From Naegleria gruberi (taxonomy: Eukaryota), in assembly GCA_000004985.1 (NCBI GenBank), contig GG738912.1: DNA of 64,000 bases; one strand, written 5' to 3'. Shown here one piece after another: positions 1 to 10,612 of this stretch (position 1 is the first letter of the stretch; every line of letters starts with the position of its first letter). The notes under the pieces are model-generated. The model had not been told where the DNA came from. It did not search any database and worked only from the letters and a program-made list of their open reading frames with translations. A program made the translations under genes and the position numbers.

Positions 1-959
1 CAGTTGGAAATTGTGGTTTTTGGTTCATTATTAGAATTTCCATTTTGAGAGTTATTCGAAACCTCAGGGTAAGTTTCATTACAGCTAATTTTGAATCGTG
101 AGCATTGTTGGGATGTTGGTGGAACGTAAAAACCAGTATACATGTTATCTAACTTCCATGAATCATCAGATTGTTTTGTCCAACTCTATATTTGAAAGAT
201 AATTCAAAATTCCAAAATAGGTAAAATAAAAAAATACATGAAGAAAACCTACCGAACTTTCTTGTGTATAATCCCCACATGGTCCTGTATAATTGTACTT
301 GAAATTACTCAATTCCACAGTTCCATTAATTTGAATATTAGCACAGCTGTGATAGACACTTCCACATAATTCTGAGTTGCCTGTTTTTGTGGTTGGATAG
401 GAACAACAACCTGATTGTTTATCAGTCATTGGGTTGGTTAATGAGATGGAACATTTTTGGCATTTGATATTTGGAATGTCAACTAAATATTGGTAAACTT
501 TTAGAGAGCTACTGTCTGATTGATCATTGTGTGGAATGTGATCGATCAAAATGTACTTTTCATAATTGGAATCAGAGTTGATACTCAGTGCAATACGAAA
601 GGGAGCTCCTGTATGTGAAATTGTTTCTTCAAATTGAAGAATTTGCTTTCCTGGTTGAAGAATTGTAACTGGTTGACCATTTCCAAAGAATTCAACACCT
701 CCACATGGATAACTTTTTAATCCAGAATCTGATGTTCTTGGTCTAGTAGTATTTCATTCAAAATCGTCCAATTTCATGTTTAATATTTTTAATAATTTAC
801 AATTAATAATTAATTTACATGATTGTTGATATTTTAATAGTATTTTAAACACTCACGTTGGATATTTCCATCTAGCATGCCCACTAACTGATGAAATCAT
901 AAACATTCCGATACACAAAAAGAGGAAAACCAACTGTTGTGAAACTGTCATTTTTTTCA
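1..959 (-). CDS. secreted protein whose predicted mature N-terminus is His (histidine-brace / LPMO-like candidate); 3 exons; 3' end runs off the window
   Basis: ATG at 959-957 encodes MKKMTVSQQLVFLFLCIGMFMISSVSG (signal peptide) followed by HARWKYPT. A GTGAGT donor at 856 and introns 743-856 and 186-252 (GTAGGT..ATAG) keep one reading frame through ORF 166-549 and on into 1-185. The downstream part is Cys-rich (…GAPFRIALS…, CCSYP…). Exons are 959..857, 742..253 and 185..1. Confidence 0.55.
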
Positions 960-1051
960 TGAATTGATTTGTGATACTTGGTTATTGATCTTTACAATCT
1001 AGGTTTTTATTTACAAATATTGTTGCAAAAACGATGGTTTTGTTAGCAATC

Positions 1052-1420
1052 TCATGGCATGGCAACAATCTCTGCATGGCTTGGTAACTTCAACGTGCCA
1101 ACTAATCTTTCCTCTTCAGAACTCAACAAGACGTCAACATTTCTGCCAAACCATTCACAGGGTATTTCCACCTTAAAGTAAAACGAAGATGATTGTGGTG
1201 CGTAGCATTGTGAGAAGATGGTTTTGTTATTATCTCGGAGGGTCATGCGAATTTTGAAGAGATCTTGTTCTTGTTGAATGAGACATCGTAAATCGTACGG
1301 ATATCTATTCGAAATGTGAATATCTGCGAGTGGCTTATCATTGTGAAGGTCAATGTCTGTGAGTTTTAGTTGAACTTGTCTTGTGTTTTTGATGGTTGGT
1401 GGAGAGGTGAATGCTGTCAT
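1052..1420 (-). CDS. hypothetical protein (122 aa)
   Basis: Clean ATG-to-stop ORF flanked by AT-rich spacers; no recognisable domain. Confidence 0.4.
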   Translation of the reverse strand: MTAFTSPPTIKNTRQVQLKLTDIDLHNDKPLADIHISNRYPYDLRCLIQQEQDLFKIRMTLRDNNKTIFSQCYAPQSSSFYFKVEIPCEWFGRNVDVLLSSEEERLVGTLKLPSHAEIVAMP

Positions 1421-1720
1421 GATATTGTTTGTTTTTTTTCACATAAAGTTTCCTCGCTCTCCTATTTTGCCGAACCTTTTCGTATGTTTTCTGATTATTT
1501 GGTTCGGTTGCCTTTTATGTGAAAAAATTCATATTGTAAAAAAATGTTATATACTAATAAAGTAAGCATGAAAATAATGATCAATAATTTTTTTACCAAC
1601 CATTGCCACAAATAGATAAAATGTGAATATACAATGAGCTCTTCACAAGCACAAATAGGCTAGAGCCTCAAAAGGCAAAGCAATTATAATCCATGCAAGT
1701 AGATGTCCATTAATGTTGAA

Positions 1721-3172
1721 TTATTCATCTATTACAATTGAAACATCAGAGAAATGTCCAATATTTGATTGTATATGATACTTCAATCTAGTCTTGGTCA
1801 GGTTGTCTGTGGCTTTGAGAATTTGCTTACTGAGGAATGATTTACCATGATACGGAGATCCACTTTCCAGTAAAGCTCTCAAAAATAGAACATTTTCCTC
1901 CATGTCAACTAGATTGACCACATAGTAAGGCACTACTTCATGGTATTTTCTACACAATATCCAAAACTTGCTGAAGAAGTGTTCAAAAACTCGAAGAGGA
2001 TCAGTACTGTTTCCAACAAAATCTGGGAATATGGATTGTACATCGATGGATCCTGAAGAGATTCGCTTGGAAAAGATATCTGCCTTTGTGAAAACCAGTA
2101 CTTTTTGAGTGCCAGGATCTGTGAGTGTTGTATAGAATTTCTCCAGGTAATCAGTCACAAATGTTGTCCTCTTGCTCTTCTTCTTATCAATATCAGATAA
2201 GGGTACAAGGAAGAGCACAACTGGAGCTGATTTAGTATGATAGGATTGAGCCAGATTGTACACTCTGGGCTCTGTTTTGATTCCCCAAGAGAATTTTCCA
2301 TACTTGACACCTTGTTCTCTATTCTCAGTAATGTGTTTGTCATTTTGTGGATTACTAATGTCAGGTGCAAAGAACCTATCCTCGAGATAGGTCTTGAGGA
2401 GATATTCCACAATCTTAATACTTCCATTCTTCATATCTTTTTCAGATCCTTGAATAGTAATAGGCCTTTTCATTATAAAACTCAAATTATCCAACAAGTC
2501 AGCAATATTCTCTCCTCTAATATTTGGATTTGATTGTGCATAGCCATACTTATCATTGGAAAATTGAAAGAATGGTGTAAAGTATCCACAATCCAACAAC
2601 CTCTGATACGTACTCTTAATAGCAGGAATCATCCAAACAGTACTCAAATTATCAATCATTCCATTCACTCGATGAGTATCCAATAAACTATCCCAAATAC
2701 TATTCTCTTCAATAATTTCCACCTGTCTACCAAATGTATTCTTAATATCAGCATATTCACTTCCGAGAGATGAAGATCCCAACATTTCTGATGCGTTACT
2801 TGCTGATGAATAGCCATGAACCGAATGATTATGTTGATTCAGCTTTAATTCATTCAAAATTAATTGCATTGTCTTTAAACAAGTTTGTAAGACTTTGAGC
2901 TGGAATTGATAGCCGTACGAGGTAGATTCATTCGATGGAATGGGGAAGCCTGTGATGAGTGAAGTAATTGGTCCAGATGAGCCGAGAGATGATGATGAAG
3001 AAGGCTTTGCTTTTCCAGTTAACAAATCCAAAAGATCAGCCTTTCGGATCAATCTCAACAAGGTTGATTTACCACTATATGGCGATCCAACAATCACTAC
3101 TCCATAATTAAATTTACAAAGGAGAGTTGCTGCTGGATGAAATGTTTCTATTAAATTGTAATTATTATCCAT
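1721..3172 (-). CDS. divergent G-protein alpha-subunit-like protein (483 aa)
   Basis: P-loop VVIVGSPYSGKSTLL aligns to the G-alpha G1 motif KLLLLGAGESGKST. VVLFLVPLSDID matches the AIIFCVALSDYD region, and VLVFTKADIF matches the G4 motif ILFLNKKDLF. The switch II DVGGQ motif is replaced by LAQSYHTKSAP. An S-rich insertion lies in the helical-domain region. Confidence 0.6.
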   Translation of the reverse strand: MDNNYNLIETFHPAATLLCKFNYGVVIVGSPYSGKSTLLRLIRKADLLDLLTGKAKPSSSSSLGSSGPITSLITGFPIPSNESTSYGYQFQLKVLQTCLKTMQLILNELKLNQHNHSVHGYSSASNASEMLGSSSLGSEYADIKNTFGRQVEIIEENSIWDSLLDTHRVNGMIDNLSTVWMIPAIKSTYQRLLDCGYFTPFFQFSNDKYGYAQSNPNIRGENIADLLDNLSFIMKRPITIQGSEKDMKNGSIKIVEYLLKTYLEDRFFAPDISNPQNDKHITENREQGVKYGKFSWGIKTEPRVYNLAQSYHTKSAPVVLFLVPLSDIDKKKSKRTTFVTDYLEKFYTTLTDPGTQKVLVFTKADIFSKRISSGSIDVQSIFPDFVGNSTDPLRVFEHFFSKFWILCRKYHEVVPYYVVNLVDMEENVLFLRALLESGSPYHGKSFLSKQILKATDNLTKTRLKYHIQSNIGHFSDVSIVIDE

Positions 3173-3477
3173 ATTACTATTAATATTTTAAAAACTATTA
3201 GTATGATGATGATTAGGTTTTTAATCAACGTTGATGTTATTAGTTTGTAAATAAATTAATTAATTAATTAGTTGTTATTGTTGTTGTACAATTAGAAATT
3301 ATGATGGAATATTATTCTGTGGTTTTTTAAAGATAAAAAAGATTCCAAGTCAAACACGATAACAAACGAGCGGATGGTCTCTTTAAAACACACAAGGATT
3401 CTTATGAAGATGAGGAACAACAAGAGTTTCAAATTCAAAAATTAAACAAAATATTATCTTTAATAATAACTAGTATT

Positions 3478-5346
3478 ATGGTGGCCGAACAAGGTGGAAT
3501 TGTAGAAGTATCTAGTGATTGTGTTTGCATCAATGATGATGATCATCAATTTAATAATAATAATATTAGTAATTTAAATAATGTAGTAATAACAAATGAT
3601 GAACAACCAATCAAGACAAGATTCCAAGAATTACCCTTTGAAGTTTTGCTCCACATTATGGATTACTTCTTTCCTTTCTATTCTCACTTTGAAAAGGCTA
3701 CCCGAGAGAAGAGTAGTAATATTAATTTCACTGATCGTAGAAAATCCATCATGATACTGAGTGAAGTTTTGCATCGTGTATTCTCTGCTCCTTCTTTCAT
3801 GTTGGAAACACGAATTGTACAATGTGGTGGGGATGCCATGTTGCATTTCAACTCAAACCAGCAGGTATCATACAAGTATTTGAATACTAATCGCGACATT
3901 GATGTACGGGCATTGGCTTTACGACAATACATCATTGATGAGGTTATTTGTGAATTTTACAATTTAATTAGAGTTTCAAAGAGAACTTTCTATTCGTTTC
4001 TGATAGAGGATTGCTATGACTTGCTGGTTGTGAAATTGATTTGGGAAGGCCTACATCATTGTATCAGAAATCCTGACTTGGTACTTGACAATGCTATGGT
4101 AGATTTGGAAGAAATTCAGCCATTACCAGGCAGCCAGTATATTATTTCAGAGCCACTTTATTTATATGTTTTGAGATCGAGATTGGAGCCTATTTTGTTC
4201 GTTAGATTATTCCTTTCACAGCCAAGTTTTGGATTTTCCAATTATGTGACTTGGAAACTCGGCAAAAATGTAAATCTCACCAATGAAATCACAGAGTCTG
4301 ATTGGAGTTCATTCTTAGACTTTATTCGTGAGCAAGTTACTAGATATCCCCTACTGAAATCTGGTACAAAGTTCAGCTCCAGATTCCAGACTGAAGATTT
4401 TGTATTTATCAAGAAGTGTGGTTTTGATACAGATTCAATTGTAAAGCTGGTTTATATCGATTTGGATATTCCAATCGGAGCAGTGAGTACACTGAAATCT
4501 ATAGAATCTCCTATACTGTGGAAGGCCATTTTGGAAAGGAAGGGAAATAATTTCAGTGCACTTGAAATTTGCGAGGATGGTCCACTATTTTTAGCTGTTC
4601 TTAAGAATCTTAGATTAGATATTTTGGAATTAATAATGCAACTTCAACAAGAGAATTCATCAGACCTGGACTCGTTCTTCAATGGACTATTATCACCTTT
4701 ATACACACTCATTTCAGCATGTATGTATGATGATAATTTTGAAGAGAAGAGTGAACGAATAGGGCGTATACTAAAAACGATGAGAAGGAACTTTTTGCCT
4801 TTTCTTGATATATTTACAACTCCCTCATCCTGTCTTCACCTGCTTATTTCACGAACAGCTGAAATTTTCCAGTTCAAATTATCCTTTTATTATCCAACAC
4901 AGTACTGCAAGACAGTATTCCAAGTATTTTATCGAGTTTTTGTAGAGGAATTGGAGCAGTCACAGTATGAAATCCTTGCTGCAGGTTTGCCTAGCCTTGT
5001 ATTGCAAGCTGTTGGTGTTCCGTTTTTCTTTCCAATATTGTTTGATAAGAGTTTACCTCCATACATTCTAACTCTTCACAAGAGGATGCTTGCTAATCCA
5101 ACAGATGACATTTTTGGGATACTTTTGGAAAGTTATGGAGCTAAACCACAGCAAAGTATTTCTCCATTGAGAACTATTTTTGAATGTGTGAAAGAAAATC
5201 CATTTGCATTCAGAGACACTCTCATTCAAAATAATTTTGCAGAAAAGCTAAATGATTTTATCCAAAATATTCCCCAAGAAAATAATTCTATTGAAATAAG
5301 TGCTCTCAAAGAAATTCTCCAAGATTTAAATACTCTCTACAATTAG
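3478..5346 (+). CDS. hypothetical protein (622 aa) with poly-N tract and a possible F-box-like motif (LPFEVLLHIMDYF)
   Basis: Single long ORF; N-run near the N-terminus; the F-box assignment is weak. Confidence 0.55.
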   Translation: MVAEQGGIVEVSSDCVCINDDDHQFNNNNISNLNNVVITNDEQPIKTRFQELPFEVLLHIMDYFFPFYSHFEKATREKSSNINFTDRRKSIMILSEVLHRVFSAPSFMLETRIVQCGGDAMLHFNSNQQVSYKYLNTNRDIDVRALALRQYIIDEVICEFYNLIRVSKRTFYSFLIEDCYDLLVVKLIWEGLHHCIRNPDLVLDNAMVDLEEIQPLPGSQYIISEPLYLYVLRSRLEPILFVRLFLSQPSFGFSNYVTWKLGKNVNLTNEITESDWSSFLDFIREQVTRYPLLKSGTKFSSRFQTEDFVFIKKCGFDTDSIVKLVYIDLDIPIGAVSTLKSIESPILWKAILERKGNNFSALEICEDGPLFLAVLKNLRLDILELIMQLQQENSSDLDSFFNGLLSPLYTLISACMYDDNFEEKSERIGRILKTMRRNFLPFLDIFTTPSSCLHLLISRTAEIFQFKLSFYYPTQYCKTVFQVFYRVFVEELEQSQYEILAAGLPSLVLQAVGVPFFFPILFDKSLPPYILTLHKRMLANPTDDIFGILLESYGAKPQQSISPLRTIFECVKENPFAFRDTLIQNNFAEKLNDFIQNIPQENNSIEISALKEILQDLNTLYN

Positions 5347-5373
5347 ATGATTCAAAGATTTTATAATACTGTA

Positions 5374-5964
5374 TCATTCATCACTGATGGTGGTTTCTAA
5401 ATCAGTTTGGTCTGTAGGAGATCTTCTGAAAAAGACAACTCGCCAAAACTGTTTCGAACCAAACCAAGTTTCCAACCATCCAATGTCTTCCGGAGGAGAA
5501 TTAATGAACCACTCAAACCACACATGACACAGAGCTAATCTTACAATCAAATAACTGAACACTCCAAAAGGGCAAGCCATAAGTGTCAACATTATAATAC
5601 CACAGGTGATGATGTGTGGAATTTTCCTACTGATGGCATCATTGTAAATGAAAATTGCACACAATGGATCAGTAAATAAATAATGTATCCATCCTACTAG
5701 TGCAAATGGCTTTTGAGCAAATCCATCATTTACCAATGATTCAAAGGAGAGGAAGTTTATCATTTTCGGAGTTGTGGCCATAACCATCACTAGTAAAATG
5801 GCATAAATAATGGATACGATGCACATCATGATTTTTGAATTGATGATAAATTTAGTAATCTTGGTATTGGGAAGAATTATCATCGGCGCCAAAACAAAAC
5901 CAGGTGTCAGGTTAATAATCCAATACATCCAACTCAGTGCTTCATTACTAGCTGGGAATGACAT
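5374..5964 (-). CDS. multi-pass membrane protein (196 aa), function unknown
   Basis: ORF with 4–5 hydrophobic helices (e.g. IMMCIVSIIYAILLVMVMA, IITCGIIMLTLMACPFGVFSYLIV). Confidence 0.5.
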   Translation of the reverse strand: MSFPASNEALSWMYWIINLTPGFVLAPMIILPNTKITKFIINSKIMMCIVSIIYAILLVMVMATTPKMINFLSFESLVNDGFAQKPFALVGWIHYLFTDPLCAIFIYNDAISRKIPHIITCGIIMLTLMACPFGVFSYLIVRLALCHVWFEWFINSPPEDIGWLETWFGSKQFWRVVFFRRSPTDQTDLETTISDE

Positions 5965-6028
5965 TTTTTATTGAGATTCTTATTGGTTACATCAATTACA
6001 GAACTTGAAACGCACTATTGAATTGAAT

Positions 6029-7779
6029 TTATTGCGTTGGATCAAAGAATAAAACCAAATCCACTCGATTCTTGGGATTAGGGGAGGTGGTAAAAAGAGT
6101 ATCCTCAGAATCGTCAAATTTTCGAATCCATAATGCAAATTTTCGTAACGTTTCGCTGTCTACTTCTTGTATGTATATTTGCAATCGATCTTTGAACAGA
6201 CCTTTCTTTGTGCTCGTTAACTTTCGTTCTCTCTCACTTGGTAATAAGGTAAAATCGAATAGCTCATTATTAAATGTTATTGTTCTCGAATGGTTATCTT
6301 GGTTCTCTATGAATGACAGGTAAAATACGTTGGTATCCTTATATCTGGGACGCGAGGGATTATGTGGAAAGTGGATATCCACAAAACGTTGTTTAGCTAT
6401 TGGTGCAATATCCTTATGATGTACCAAGTTTTTCAATACTGTTTTTGTCAATTCCTTTCCATAATTCGTTCCACTATTTGGTTCATTCATCATGAAACAA
6501 GTTACAATAGCTCCGTGATATTGTTCATTTCTTTTAAACAATGCAGAGAGAATGTAAAATCTTGTTAAAATGTGAGAATTCTTCACAATGCTCAGAATAC
6601 AGTCATCGTCTCCAAAGTGTTTGGCCAATTCTATCAGCTTAAGCTTTGCTTCACAATCGGGTAGTGAACCATCAAGCAAATATTTTACATAGCTATTGAA
6701 TGTAGGCATTATAATAGGAGTTCTATCTTTGAAAGAGGAATTTCCAATATCAATAAAAACATTTGAATTTTTTTTGAGAATTGGGTGGTAATCTGTCAGT
6801 ATCTTTGAAAAGAACTTGGACCTTTTCAAATGCTTTACACATAAATTGTGATATTGATTTTCATAGCCAATCAAAAATTCTTTCTCTGGATCTAGAGTTT
6901 CATTCAGCTCTGAAATGATTTTGCCTTCAGGGAATTGTGCATGAGCAAAGTTCAACTCTGGTTCATCAAAAAAGAACTCTAAATCCACCGATCGATTTCT
7001 TGACTTGGAGAGCCAATAATTCGATGCTCCCAAATTCTGTTCCACTCCAACTCCTGTTAGATATTTAATTCCTACTTGTATCTGAGCTGCAACATCATCT
7101 CTCTTTGCTGCTTTCAAATACAACTCAAATGCTTTTTTGTAATCTTGTTTTACATGAATTCCAAATTCGTAAAATATTCCTAGGTTGTATATTGCATCCG
7201 AATCACCAATTCCAGCATACTCAGAATACCATTCAAACTCTTCACTAAAATCACGTTCCATTCCTTGAGAAAACATGAATAATCCAGAGGATTTAAAACG
7301 TCCAATTGCACTATTTGATTTTTCAAACCATTGCATAGCCATCATTACATTTTCCTTAACAACTTTTCCCTTCTCAAAGAAGGTTCCAATCTTGTATTTG
7401 GAAATTTCATCACCTTGTTCCGAGGCTTTCATATACCATTCCAATGCTTTTTCATAACTTTTCTGCACTCCCTTTCCTTCATCATACAACCATCCAATAT
7501 TAAACTGAGCATGAGCATCACCCTGTTCAGCAGCCTTCCAATACCACTCAAATGCTTTAACATAATCCTTTTCACTCCTCTTCCCTCCTCAAACAACAAT
7601 CCAACATTGTATTGAGCATCGGAATGTCCCTGCAAGGCTGCTTTCATATACCAATGCATTGCTAAGGCACAATCCTGCTTTACTCCATCAGAACCCTCAT
7701 CAAAACAAAGCCCCAAATTATATTGAGCATCAGCATCACCTTCCTCAGCTTGTTTAAGGTAAAGATCGAGCGCGGACAT
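6029..7779 (-). CDS. Sel1-repeat + BTB/POZ domain protein, interrupted by one frame break
   Basis: ORFs 7429-7779 and 6029-7489 both read as Sel1 repeats (…AEQGDADAQYNLGLCFDEG…, …GDAHAQFNIGWLYDEGKGVQKSYEKALEWY…). Adding one A/T to the T4 run at 7569-7572 restores GVKKDYVKAFEWYWKAAEQGD and joins them. The C-terminal third resembles the BTB region of the paralog at 10613-12228. Confidence 0.6.
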
Positions 7780-7946
7780 TTTTTTTAAAACAAATCAATT
7801 AATATCGCGTGATTGTTTTTGTGATTAAGGTGCGGCTTAATTGGCGCCAAAAATCTTATCAAATGATATTAAGGTGAAACACCTTTTGAGAATGTTGTGA
7901 TACTGGTACTATAGTATTCTGTAGAAGATTGATGAATCTAATTGAA

Positions 7947-8981
7947 TTAGTAGAATGGCTCTTCATCAAAGTTAAAATCATGATCATGAGTTGTTTCTGG
8001 GTTTTTGATTTGGGTGGTGGCAGAATTTTTCATTTCCTCGATTTGCAATCTTAAATTTTCTATTTGGGTCTTTTCTTCTTGGCGTTCTTGTTGAATTTTT
8101 TCAAGTTCTTGTTTCAGAGTTTGCATTTCTTGTTTCAATTGGGTAACAATTTCTGTTAAGTTTTCTGTTAATGGTGGTGGTGGAGAGAGTGGTGAAGAGA
8201 AAAGTTGCCTGGGTGTAGTTGCTAGTTCTTCGCTTGATTCAATTATTGATTGGTGAATTGGAATAATAGGTTGCAACATTAGCATGTTTTCCATTGTTGG
8301 AATTAACTGGAGGGGTTCATGCTCTTGTATTTCTCTACTCCTTTTTGGTGCAGAGTCATTATCGGCCTCACTTTCATTGGATCTTTTACCTGTTTGATCT
8401 TTCACTTCGAATGCACTCTCTGAAATAAACCAATCCAACCTTTCTGGATTTTCTACATCCTTTTTATGAGCGAAACACAATAAAATTCGAAACTTTCCAC
8501 TTCTATCATCCTTTTTGAAAAATCTACACTTTTCAGTTACGAAAATGTCGCTCAATATTGATTTCTTCTTATTTCCATTTATCGTCTTATTCTTTTCCAC
8601 TAATTTACTCATTGTTGTAATCTTTTTCCGAATATCAAAGAATGCAAATGCATAAATTGCTTTATATTTGGCAAAATTTGTTATAGAAATTTCAAAGGCT
8701 TTTCTTGTAAATGTAACATCACTCAATTTTAAATTAATAATTCCAGCATTTTCGTTCGGATCAAGAAAATTTCTATTCTCCTTCTGAAAGTATTCATCAA
8801 TTTTATGTTTAATTTCCAAGCCTTCCGAATCAACATCCGATTTATTATCCTTTGCTTGCTTAATTTTGAGAATTAATTCCTCGAGAATTTCACTTGTTAT
8901 TGAAGATAGTCCCGATGATGGTGATGAAGGTGTTTGTGGTGGTAAGAGACGAAAAGTTTCCCAGTTTTCCGTATCAGACAT
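7947..8981 (-). CDS. hypothetical protein (344 aa) with C-terminal coiled coil
   Basis: Single ORF; the C-terminus (LTEIVTQLKQEMQTLKQELEKIQQERQEEKTQIENLRLQIEEMK) has heptad-like periodicity. Confidence 0.5.
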   Translation of the reverse strand: MSDTENWETFRLLPPQTPSSPSSGLSSITSEILEELILKIKQAKDNKSDVDSEGLEIKHKIDEYFQKENRNFLDPNENAGIINLKLSDVTFTRKAFEISITNFAKYKAIYAFAFFDIRKKITTMSKLVEKNKTINGNKKKSILSDIFVTEKCRFFKKDDRSGKFRILLCFAHKKDVENPERLDWFISESAFEVKDQTGKRSNESEADNDSAPKRSREIQEHEPLQLIPTMENMLMLQPIIPIHQSIIESSEELATTPRQLFSSPLSPPPPLTENLTEIVTQLKQEMQTLKQELEKIQQERQEEKTQIENLRLQIEEMKNSATTQIKNPETTHDHDFNFDEEPFY

Positions 8982-9163
8982 TTTTTTATAATTTGTTTTT
9001 AATTTTTATTTAATTCCTATTTTAGGTGGAAGAACTATTCCTTTTGCAAATATTGATTGCAAATATTAATGCTTTTCACATGTTTTACAAAACGAAAAAT
9101 TACTTTGAAAGTGCATATAATATAGAAATATTAACTAATATTTACTAAAAAAAGAAAATAAAT

Positions 9164-10186
9164 CTATTTTCTGAGAGGAGAAACTTGAATTTGAGCAGAC
9201 ATCATAACATCCATAGTACCTCCATATTCCAAAGTGACTACGAATGGACCATCTTCAATTTGATTAGCCACGAGGGAGGTTTGAGTTTTCAATTCCTTTT
9301 TGGTGGTGGAATGAACAGCCATGTTGGAGTTGAATGGATTTGGATACAATATTGTTGGAAAGGTGGAATGGTAGAGAGTGTATGGTTTGATCATGTCATA
9401 ATTATTGTTATTCAAAATTGTTGTAAAGTTAATTCTTGAATTTCCTGGAACATTTTCAAAAGTGAATTGAACAGAATTCAAACCAGATGCTCTTTGATCA
9501 TTAATATAGACATGTTCATAAAAATTGGTGGATTTGACATTAACAAACTTGGAAACTCCTGAATAAACAGCAACTGAAACTGTAACAGGATGAGACGAAA
9601 GTGTAATAACACTCAAATAAACAATATAAACCACAGGAGATTGAACATAATTTGGAGCATAGAGAGTTGCATTAATACCTCTTCCACCAAACAATGAATT
9701 TTCCTTAGTTGGTTTTCCATAAGCAATAGATCCATAAACTAAAACTGAACTATTCTCAAATCCCTTAATATTATTCAGGAAAGTAACTTCTGAACCCAAA
9801 AGTGGATCATAATTGAGAGTATCAATATCACTTTGAATACTAATGTAATAATAAGTAGGTTGCTTATTATCAACAAGAAGGACTTGTCCATGTTTGATTT
9901 CCTTGGCATCTGACGGCAAATCAGTAGCAAAACAAACAGTTCTCTCCTCATTACTGGCAGCTGGACATTTCATGCATGAAGTCGAGGCCTTTCTGGTGGA
10001 AATAGTTCCTGGTGGACACTTGTTGGCAGAATCATTTCCTGGACAGTAATAACCATAGTCACATGGGAGGCAACGATCGAGATCGTTTGGAGTTGGTGCA
10101 TAGTAATAACCAGGATCACAAGCGAATGCAAGGGTTGTGAAGAGCAAGATGGCAGAAATGAGTGTTACTGACAAGTGTTTAGACAT
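9164..10186 (-). CDS. secreted protein with Cys-rich N-terminal module (about 340 aa; an alternative upstream ATG lies at 10258)
   Basis: MSKHLSVTLISAILLFTTLAFA is signal-peptide-like; followed by CDPGYYYAPTPNDLDRCLPCDYGYYCPGNDSANKCPPG and then a long beta-rich domain. Confidence 0.55.
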   Translation of the reverse strand: MSKHLSVTLISAILLFTTLAFACDPGYYYAPTPNDLDRCLPCDYGYYCPGNDSANKCPPGTISTRKASTSCMKCPAASNEERTVCFATDLPSDAKEIKHGQVLLVDNKQPTYYYISIQSDIDTLNYDPLLGSEVTFLNNIKGFENSSVLVYGSIAYGKPTKENSLFGGRGINATLYAPNYVQSPVVYIVYLSVITLSSHPVTVSVAVYSGVSKFVNVKSTNFYEHVYINDQRASGLNSVQFTFENVPGNSRINFTTILNNNNYDMIKPYTLYHSTFPTILYPNPFNSNMAVHSTTKKELKTQTSLVANQIEDGPFVVTLEYGGTMDVMMSAQIQVSPLRK

Positions 10187-10612
10187 TTTGTTTTTTTTGT
10201 TTCGAATAGGTTTGCAAGAAAGTTGTGTAATGCATTTTATTGCTATTTGAAAGGTCACAACGCCGTTGATTTTACATCCATTAAAGGAAGAGTGGAAGGA
10301 TACTTTGTTCTTGGAAGTAAATATTTTATAAACTCCGAAAACTCCTTTTCACAAAGATTGGTTTTATTAATCTCCTATTGAATTGTAAACTATCTTTCAT
10401 TTATTACAACTCCAAAGCAGAATATTTAGATACCTCACAGGTGTTGATTCTCTTTGATTTTACAAGAAACTGGAAGAAACTGGAAAAATCATATCTTCTC
10501 AATGACCGAAAAGCAAACTCACAACTATCTCTAAAATTCTCAATAGAAACTAAGAAATAAACCTCCAGTAGAGCGAACGGTTCGTAGAACTTCCAACTTT
10601 ATTTAATTTTAG

